DNA from: the human T2T-CHM13v2.0 reference genome, Homo sapiens
Strand: one strand, 5' to 3'
NCBI RefSeq assembly: GCF_009914755.1
Contig: NC_060947.1
Length of the DNA stretch: 64,000 nucleotides
Position numbers and translations under genes: made by a program. The notes beneath the pieces are model-generated. The model saw nothing but the letters and a program-made list of their open reading frames with translations. It had not been told where the DNA came from and did not search any database. This document shows, one piece after another, positions 48,570 to 64,000 of the stretch (the first letter of the stretch is position 1; each line of letters begins with the position of its first letter).

Positions 48570-50399
48570 TGAATATGTACAATTATTATGTGTTCATTTA
48601 AGTAAATAAATAATAGTCAGATATCCCATCCTTAAAAAAAATTTAAAAAAAGTCTCTGTGCTTTCAAGAAGCCCACAGTCTGGTGGAGATTTTTTTGTTA
48701 GCTCTCTGAAAGCAAAGACTTTGGGAAATGGGATATAAAATAGGAGCTTATTGTGAGGTTGTACCAAAGATAGACTTCGCTAATTTTAAGTATAGAAATG
48801 TTATGTCTCTTATTCATCTTTGTACAATACGAGGTCTTAGCTCAGTAAATGTTTGTCAAACAAATAAACAAATGAAGGTTTGGAAAGTGGGTAAAGGCGA
48901 GGACAGTAGTGGTGTTTGGCCTTTTCAGATGAAAATACAGCCTATTAGTGGGCTATCTTTTCTGCTTCCGTTTCCTTGTTGGCTTCTTGGTAGAGTGACA
49001 AGCCAAATCAAACCAACAATGAAGACGCTGTTTTGAATGATACTTTTTGATTTTTTTTCTACTTAGCTGTAGCTACTGTTTCCAGAAGCTACCAGTGGCC
49101 CAGGTAAAGAACACCAGCAAGGGATTTACCTGAATGGGTCCCTTGGGGTAGCCTCACAGTCAGGGGTCTGATTCTGGGTATGGCTTTAATGCCATAATCA
49201 CAATGTGAGAATACAAGAGTTTTTAGTACTTCCAAATTCTTAAGCTAGGTCGGGAAACCACAGAGGGGAAGACAGTAGTCCCTTATCCTAGGCCTCCTGA
49301 AACAATCAGCAACTGAATCCATGCAGGAGAAGGCTTTCAGTACTTAAGGGTCATTTGGGGTGAGGTGTCCTAATTTTGTGGGGATACTAATTTTTGGGTA
49401 GTTTAAATAATTCTGGCAGAAGGGCAGTGCACAGTTTGGCATGAAGCTAGGGTTATAACAGGGCTCTGAAGACAAACTAATCTGTCTTGGTCAGCCTGAA
49501 TCAGGCTTAGGCGAGTAGCTACCGTTTTCTCCTTTACTTCTCAGACAGGGATACCCCAATACAACACTGACTTCCTGCTACTATTGTAACTGCAGCAGTC
49601 ACTCACTTTTAGAAGCAAATAATCATTCTTTCTATTACAATGCTTGTTCACTTGCTTAAAAAATTTCAGGAATGAGCCTTGAGATAAAACCAATGTTGTA
49701 AAACACTCTCCTGAAGAAAATGCTGAGCAACCACTTGTTAGTAGAACCAAATCCTTCCAAGGAAGATTTGGGAGATAGTCATAAACACCTGCATTTCCTA
49801 CTTTATGGGGCTGTTATAGAAAGCAACCAAGAACTTACATGAAAGGGCTTTGGGAACCCTAAACTGGAACCAAATGGAATATTTTATTATTATTATTTCA
49901 CAAACCTTTTCATTTTTTCTAAGTTAAAAATTTAACTTGTTTCTTATCAGAGCAAGCCCTTCTATTGGCAGAGAAAGTCTGAGAGTAAATGGCAGGATCT
50001 TAACTACACTTTGTCCCTCACCAACCTTGAGCATTTATTAGTACTCTCAAACTTCCTGTGAAGATTAACCTTTTGTTTTCTTTTCTGGTAGTTTTCATCT
50101 CAGACCCTCAGATGCAAATGATATATTGTTTCTCTACTTCCTTTAGAGGAGAGCCTGTGACCACATGAAGATTTTCAGGTTGTTCTATAATCTGATACTG
50201 AGAATGATGCAAAGTTTGTTTCTGTGTGTCAATGTGTATTTTGGTTGTTGCTGTTTTCTCTTTTCTGCATTCTACTTTTATCTCTAAGGCATTTGATTTT
50301 CCAAAACTCATTTGGTTCCCTGTCATGCCGAAATCGTGTTTTGGAATGATAATTTCAGGCTTTGCAGAGCCGTGGTTTACCTGCACTCTACTCAGCAGT

Positions 50400-50841
50400 T
50401 GTTATGGGTTGAATTGTATCCCCCCAAAAAGATATGTTAATGTGCTAACACTCAGAACTTCAGAATGTGACTATTTGGAAGAGGAGTTGTTAGAGATATA
50501 ATTAGTTAAGATAACTTTATAGTAGAGTAGGGTGGGCCCTTATTCCAATATGACAAATATTTTTATAACAAGAGGGACATTTGGATAAAGAGAGAAGATG
50601 ACTATGTGAAGATGGAGGCAGAGATTGGAGTAATGTAGCTACATGCCCAGAAATGGCTGGGGCTACCAGAAGCTAGAAAAGCCAAGAAAGAACCCTTCCC
50701 TAGAGCTTTTATAGAAACCATGGCCATTCCAAAATCTCGATTTCAAACTTTTAGCCCTAGAACTGTGAGACAATAAATTTCTGTTGTTTTAAGTGACCAT
50801 GTTTGTGGTACTTGTTACTGCAGCCCTAGGAAACTAATTCA
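50400..50841 (+). mobile_element. MLT1B/C-type MaLR solo LTR
   Basis: tgttatgggttgaattgtatcccccc...aactgtgagacaataaatttctgttg...gcagccctaggaaactaattca. Confidence 0.85.
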
Positions 50842-51685
50842 GTAATCAAGAGGATTTTTTTGAATTTATACCATCATTTTCTTTCTTCCACCTCCTTTCC
50901 CTTGCAATCTTCTGTAGATTCCTGAAAGAAAAAGCACATTCAGATGCACTTCAACAAAGCAAATACCTCTGGCCTAAAAACTCTCACTGTCCATGCATCT
51001 TGCTAGTCCCTTAGTTTCTCACCACTGCCCTACAAATATCTCGTAAGCCTCCATGTCATCATTGATTCTGTTTCCAATACCAAGAGTGTTCTTCCTTTCT
51101 CTACTGAATCTTACGACCTGACTACTACTCATTTTTGAGAGATTAATTGTGGTACTCCCACTACTTCAGTGAGGCTGCTCTTGATTCCTCTAGTTTGAAT
51201 TACTTTTTTCTGCTTCACCACAGATATTAGTTTGTACCACTGTTATGTTGCCGATTTTATTTTGTCTTTCATTATAATTAATTGCTTCTATGCTTGTCCT
51301 CCTGCATTCCAAAGGTTTGCACTTGATTGAAAGCTTTTTAATAGCAGAAAATGGTTCTAATTTTTCTCTTTCCTCCCCAGTATGAATTGTTCGGGCTCAT
51401 CCACACCAGGTCCTACGCTAGTGTTTATTAAGTTAGTCAATGTCTCTGTTTCGCTCCATTGTTTATCAAATACATGATTTTTGTTTAAAATATTTCAAAA
51501 CTTAACAAAACCAACCACATATGTTTGTTTTTTATCTTAAACTAAGCTTTTAAGCTTACTGTTATACATTAACCACCATTGGTGGGAGAGAAGGAGGGCC
51601 TCATAGAAATTTGACCAAGGTTCTTCAGCTTGTTTGCAAATGGTCACACATAAGAAATGGTCACATGTTAAGAAAGGGTTTTATC

Positions 51686-51969
<284 letters not shown>

Positions 51970-53012
51970 TAAGGTTTCTCGAAGACTATTTTAAAAATTT
52001 CCTCCTGGGTAAAAACTACCATGCAGTTAAGATTGGAGGATGATGATGGTGACAGGATATTGTGTATAGTATCAGTAATCTCATGACAAAAACATCTAGG
52101 AAAAACATTTCTAAGCCATTGAGAAGTTAAGGTGAAACTGAGAAAATGATTTTTGCTTTGAAAAAATTGCAAGCAAAAAAAAAAATCAAAGTGTTAGGAG
52201 GTCTGAGCTAATGGCATACAGCAATTGTCTAGGGCATGACTACTGGGAGATAATCTTTTAACTCCTCCATTCATGCTTACTCTGCTCTTGGTCATTCCTA
52301 AGTACAGCTGTGTATATGCCTACCTTATAGGATTTATCAGATAGAGAATTCACCTCCCCCAAACGTATATCTCCATTTACCCTCAAGGAGTGAAGCTTTT
52401 CTTCTTTTTTTCAGGGGTCATGATCTTTCCTTCCATAGAGAAGGATCAGGCCAAGATGCAGAGACAAGGGGCCTATGCTGTGAACTATTTCACAAGAAGG
52501 GGTCAGTTACTATAACAAGAGCTAGTGAAGGTGGGAGGGGGCAGTGGAATGATTATATTTAATAGAAACTGGAAAAGGGAAAAGGAGAAAAGAGGTTGAT
52601 TATTAGGTAAAGGCTGAAGAAGACAATAATCAGAGATGTCTTGAGCACTCATTTCCCTTTGTTCTGAGGAAGATTAAGCAATGTACTAAGTGATTTTTCC
52701 CCACTGTGCCTGTTTTTGTCTTTGCAGAATGGAGGCAGTGTATGGGCCACTCCTCGAGGGAAACAAGCATGAGGCAGGTCAGGAAAAGAAGGAAACAGGC
52801 AGAACTTCCAAAGAGCAGGCAAAAGGAGTTTTTATACAGAGAAGATAATACAGGACCCACAGAGAAGGGAAATAAAAGTGAGAGGAGCAAAAGAGGATCT
52901 GATGCATTGATGGGGAGGGAGAAAAAGCAACTGCAGAATATAAAATTAGAAGCCATAGGAGAATATCAACTGGAGGTTATTGTTGTTAGTGAAATGACAG
53001 AAAGAGAAATTT

Positions 53013-53265
53013 AAAAACCACATATTCTCACTTATAAGTGGGAGCTAAATAATGAATACAAATGGGCATATAGAATGGAGTAATTGACATTGGAGACTCC
53101 AAAAGGTGGAAATGTGGGAGGGGAGTGAAGGATAAAAAACTACCTGTTGGAGGCAATGTATACTACTCTGTTGACTGGTGCACTAAAATCCTAGGCTTCA
53201 TCACTACACAATATATCCATGTAATGAAGCTGCACTTGTACCCCTAAATCTATAAAATAAAAAAA
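53013..53265 (+). mobile_element. L1PB4-like 3' fragment
   Basis: ttctcacttataagtgggagctaa...gacattggagactc...ctgcacttgtacccctaaatctataaaataaaa. Confidence 0.8.
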
Positions 53266-54342
53266 TTAAAACAAACAGACAAATAAAAAATAAACAGAGG
53301 AGAATATCATAGACCAAGAGGAGGAAAAGGAGGATAAAAGCAAGGAAAAAAGCTAAAAAGTAAGGAGGGATATTTTAAATGGTAAGCTTCTCTGTAAGAA
53401 AGAATGAATAGACAGGATTAGAAAGGCTGAACAATCATGACTAAAGAATATTAGTCACTTACAAGAAAATACAAGTGAAAGATGAGGAAATACCGAAGGG
53501 TGGGAAGACTCAGAAATATGTGAATATATAGAGTTCAATTAACAGAGGAGTGGGAGATAGAAGTCCTGGAGTTCTCCTAGCAGTGAATTTCAAGGAGTTG
53601 GCACTAATCTGCCTTTATCCTACATTTTCTTTGCTCCGTTGCTTAAAATATGTGGGATCATTGATTCGCTTGCAAATTTTTCATTGCACAGATATTTTTT
53701 ATTTGTATTAGTTTTAGGTCTTGTCACCACAATATTAAAGAAATTTGCCTTAGATCCAAAATTCACGACCTTCTATTAAAAAATTCCTCAGTTAATAAAT
53801 ATAGAACTTTTCAATGCTGACAATATTATGAAGGATGCAGAGTAGCAGTATCAAATACAGCCTTTGTCCCAAAAGAGCATGTCTAGTGGCTAGAGCTCTA
53901 GCTCCTTGGCATATCAACTATGGGCTGTTTATGATATGCCAATATTTCTAATCTTACTTCCTGAATTGGCATATAGGCAGAATTTTGACAGGCAGAGATG
54001 GGGTAGGGTGAAGAAACATTTGAGTGGACAAACACAATGATCTAAAGGTAGGAAAATTGCAACCGATAAAGCAGATAGGTAGGTCATGACAAATTCATGG
54101 AAGGCACCAAATGTTAGGCTAAGGCATTACCAAATGAAACAATTTCTTGCTTCAGCCAGAGTTGACATCACCTTTGGGCAATGGCTCAGCATCTTGATTC
54201 CTATTGTCCAATAGAACTGAGGGCATAGGACATAAGGCTGAAAAGTTTGGGTAGGGGTAAGGTTTGAGTAGTGTTTATACTTAAGCTAATGCCTTGGGTA
54301 GAAGTATTGTAGAATGGATCCTGAGTTGCCCAAAGAAATGCT

Positions 54343-54552
54343 AATAACTATCATTTATTGATTTCTTACAGTGTGATGAGCCCGGGGCTAAGTATGTTAT
54401 ATGCTTTCATGTAGTTATATTATCTCTTGTAGTTTTCATTCTTACCTTATGTGGAAACAGAGACTCAGAGCATCTATGCCACTTGTCCAAGGTCACACAG
54501 ATACAAAATGACAAAACCAGGCAGTCTGACACAACAGCTTGCATTCTTAATG
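54343..54552 (-). mobile_element. MIR
   Basis: catttattg...ggaaacagagactcagag...acttgtccaaggtcacacag. Confidence 0.7.
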
Positions 54553-54661
54553 AGTACATTGTGAGTGTCACAGAGCAGGTACTACTAAATAAGGGTCCCT
54601 CATGAATTCTTTCATTTGGATCTGGCAAGAAGAGGTAGGGACCTCAAATAAAACTGCTCAG

Positions 54662-55000
54662 CAATGGAATGCTACCGTGTAATAAAAAAGAATGAACCAT
54701 TGATACACTCAACGACATGAATAACTCTCAAACTAATTATGCTGAATGAAAAAAGCTGGACAAAAATGAATACATTCTGTGTGATTCCATTGGCAGAAAA
54801 CTAGAAAATGAAAACTAACCTGTAGTGACAAAAAACAGGTCAGTGGTTTTCCTTATTACAAAGGTCCATGAGGAAACTTTGGGAGGAAGATGAATATGTT
54901 CATTATCTTGGTTGTAGTGATAGTTTCGTGGGTGTGTACATATGTTTTGTAAGATTGTGCACTTTAAATATGGGCAGTTTATTGTAGGTTAGTTGTATTG
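54662..55000 (+). mobile_element. L1MC/L1MD 3' fragment
   Basis: caatggaat...aaaaagaatgaac...attatgctgaatgaaaaaag...cattatcttggttgtagtgat...actttaaatatgggcagtttattg. Confidence 0.75.
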
Positions 55001-56257
55001 ATCTATGCATGTTATATTCCTCTATATACATATTATTTCCAGAAAAACATAATTTCCAGAAAAAACTGCTGAGCAACATAACACATAAACAGGCAATGGG
55101 CAAAGCTCTCAAGTGACTCTTCAATTAGTGACTATCTGACTCTTAGAGACATTTTGGGGACTAAGTTTCTTACTTGCTGCAATTATCAGCTCTGAAGAGA
55201 AAGATTGTGTTTTCACTGAGTTGTGAATACAGAAATCATATATTTGAAATCTTATGGCTATGACCCAGTGAATACAGTTCCTTTTTAAAAATTTTAATTT
55301 CATAAACTTTGGTCTGGTTACTAGACATAGGCTGCACAGTAAATCAAAACAAGAACATGTTCTGACTAGGTAGTTTTGTTATGGAGCTCTCAGTGCTGCT
55401 TCTGAAATTAAGATTCCATTCCATGTGAAAAGCAAGACTTTTGTTTTTCACACCTTCTAAACTGTTACTCCCATAATAGCTCTAGGCAATTTGGCTTAGG
55501 ATATCAACATCAAGGGAGCTTGGATATGACTGTGGATTAAAATTGGAAATTCTTTTATACAACTATGAAGCCATAAAGAAGACTGATATTTGTCATGGGG
55601 AATGTAAGGTGTTGTCAGCATGGTAGATGAATAGGTCAAGATGGTCTGCTTCACACTAATATTTCCATAATATCTAATATTTCATCATTTGGAATATAGG
55701 CCCTGTGTTAAGCAGTATCTTGCTTTGTCCTCTTTTAAAAGGAAACTTGCCCTAAGAGCATTAAAACCCTAGCAGTTCAATTTGAATAAATATAATGTTC
55801 ATTATTATTAGAAAATTGCTATTTTCACAGATTTCTCCCTATTATCCTAATTTTAGGCATTAATAGAGCCTTTACCTGTCTTAGATTGAATAGAGAAGCA
55901 ATTCCCACCAACCCTTGTAGTATCTTTGTACTCTTTTCCTGGGATCCTTATCAGTCCTCCTTAATCCTCCAACTTCAGGCCACTTGCTTTCTTCCTGACT
56001 CCATGCTCTTCATTACTCAGCAACTGTCAGTCTCTGCTTTGGAGAACTCCACTGAGTTCTAGAGGATAGCTAATAATATATGGTTGATCTGACCTTGCTC
56101 TGAAAAAAAAAAATGCCAGAGCCCAACCAGAGGCCAATTTGAAAAACAAGATATTTTAGGGACACTTTCATGGCCTCCTTTTCAATGACTGGGCCAGCAC
56201 CTCTGCTGTGCCTCATCTGGGACTGTGGTCCTGCCACCTCTGTTCCTGGCATCAGCT

Positions 56258-56410
56258 GCTATTTGTCCACAGTACTATGTGCCAAGTACTGAGCTAAACA
56301 TTTTACATTCCTTCAATTTACTCTCACAATGAATCTTTGAGGCTTTATCTCTACTCTACAGATGAGGAAACTGAGGCTCAAAGGGTTTTAATAACTTGCC
56401 AAAAGTCATT
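56258..56410 (-). mobile_element. MIR
   Basis: tactatgtgccaagtact...tacagatgaggaaactgaggctcaaag...aacttgccaaaagtca. Confidence 0.75.
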
Positions 56411-56844
56411 TAATAAACAGCACACTGGGTATTCAATAAGTTTCTCTGGCTCCTCATTGGAACTTCTCCTTCCCTCTTCTAAATTCCCCCTTCAAAAATT
56501 ACCTGCTCTGCACTATCTCATTCCTTCAAGACTTAGATTCTTCTGTTCAGGGACAGCCATGATTATTGTCCTTTCCTTTATACATGAAACAGCTCTATCC
56601 ACATACACTTTACCCCCATGTCTGCTTTAGTTGAATCTCCAAAACAGCTGGGGATCATTCTGAAGTCTTGGCTTTCTGTTTAGCCTTAACTATACCTTTC
56701 ACACACTTTCATTTAACATCCATTCAAAGTCTGACTGTATGTTTTCCAGTTCTTTAGTTCACATCAAGCCTCCAACCAAAGGAGAAAACATACAGGACTT
56801 CGAAAAAAGGGATGAAGAAATGGACATTTGCAAATTTGCAAAGT

Positions 56845-57112
56845 AACTGTTATGTGCTGAGGCTATGAGGAAAGCACTTTCACAAAGGCGATTTCATTTT
56901 ATCCTCCTAACCCTTGAGTTAGGTCTTATTATTATAATAGTATGGCAAAACCGCAATTACTTTTGCAGCAACCAAATATTATCCAAATTTGAGGCTCAAG
57001 AAATAGGAAAAGTTCTGAGAGGTTAGGAATTTTCTGAAATAACTTGCCCAAGACCACAAGCTAAAGTACTGGAACCAGGATTCAAACTCTGCTCTGTCTG
57101 GCTCCAAAGCCT
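56845..57112 (-). mobile_element. MIR interrupted by a MADE1 half
   Basis: aacttgcccaagaccacaagct...ggaaccaggattcaaactc...tctggctccaaagcc. Confidence 0.7.
56942..56977 (+). mobile_element. MADE1/Hsmar1 solo terminal inverted repeat
   Basis: atggcaaaaccgcaattacttttgcagcaaccaaa resembles the right half of MADE1 (...ATGGCAAAAACCGCAATTACTTTTGCACCAACCTAA). Confidence 0.8.
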
Positions 57113-57229
57113 GGATTATTTTTTTACAATGGTTGATAAAATATTGTCTCTTTATAATTAATCAAACTTGATTAATTGAGATGCTTTGGTAAGGGGAGGG
57201 TTTTGCAACTAAGGGTGCAAGCAGAAAAG

Positions 57230-57385
57230 CTTTGTAGGTGACCTGTGCCTTCTCCCTAGCTGTCTTTAAAATTTTTATTTTATTTCACCTCTGCTGAATC
57301 TGATGACTAAACCGTGGGAATGATTTTCTTGTATAGTATCTCACAAAGGTTCTCTGCATTTTCTGAATTTGAATGTTTGTCCTGT
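57230..57385 (-). mobile_element. Isolated L1 ORF1 fragment
   Basis: tttgtaggtgacctgtgccttctccctagctg...gaatctgatgact...ttctctgcattttctgaatttgaatg. Confidence 0.6.
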
Positions 57386-57494
57386 TACCCCTCAAGATTC
57401 AGAACCTGTTGTGCTAGAGGGGCCAAAGCGTTCCTGAACTGCTGGCCATAGCCTTCCAATGAGTGATGCCTATGAAGACACCTCATCAGGAGGT

Positions 57495-63686
<6,192 letters not shown>

Positions 63687-63717
63687 AGCTAAACCTTTCT
63701 TTTTAAAAGAACACATG

Positions 63718-64000
63718 GGAGAGGGAAAAAAAATGGCAGATAGGAGGCAGGACAGACTTGCAGCTCCCACATGGATGTTTGTTTCTTAATGCATGTGGAG
63801 ACTCACACTGTAAACTTTTGCTTCAAGAACTGTTGCAAGAACATACCAGGAAAGCCAAAATAATTCACAGACTCTTGGAAAGAAGTGGCTTGCTGCAGCA
63901 AACTCCATGAGAAAGCTGAAAAACTGTGAGTGCCCAAAGTGTGAGAGGGGAAATTCTGCCTCTGAATACAAATCCTCACTGGGAACCTGAAAATCCAGAT
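63718..64000 (+). mobile_element. L1PB (L1PBa-type) 5' UTR start, runs off the window
   Basis: atggcagataggaggcaggac...ttgcagctcccac...gtggagactcac...acataccaggaaagcc; preceded by a tttt/aaaa endonuclease site. Confidence 0.8.

Noticed and set aside
51638-51672. Short tandem duplication aaatggtcaca x2 (similar ones at 21148-21193 and 43087-43120)
   Set aside because: Ordinary slippage duplications of two units with no spacers; not CRISPR-like.

Overview
This is AT-rich simian primate (probably hominoid/human) genomic DNA dominated by interspersed repeats. It holds nested L1s (L1M/L1MB, L1PB1, L1PA15/16-like, L1PA7, three L1PA3/4 copies of which one is full length, an L1M1/L1MA copy with its 5' UTR, and an L1PBa 5' end), plus ERV1 and MaLR LTRs, Alus, MIR/L2 and a half MADE1. 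I find no intact cellular gene, RNA gene or CRISPR array; the long ORFs are almost all transposon remnants, and I see no new multi-gene system. The notable signals are retrotransposition anomalies: (1) a 55-nt piece resembling the FOLR1 mRNA 5' end fused to the 5' end of an L1PB1 inside one TSD; (2) an L1-retroposed, polyadenylated LTR8-type ERV transcript with a 15-bp TSD, lying within the 3' transduction of an older L1; (3) a full-length L1PA3/4 with a ~180-bp 3' transduction and an extended, open ORF0; (4) three neighbouring L1PA3/4 copies sharing rare variants in mutually incompatible patterns, suggesting ectopic gene conversion. Subfamily names and consensus comparisons come from memory and need RepeatMasker/BLAST confirmation. 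Boundaries of old repeats are approximate.
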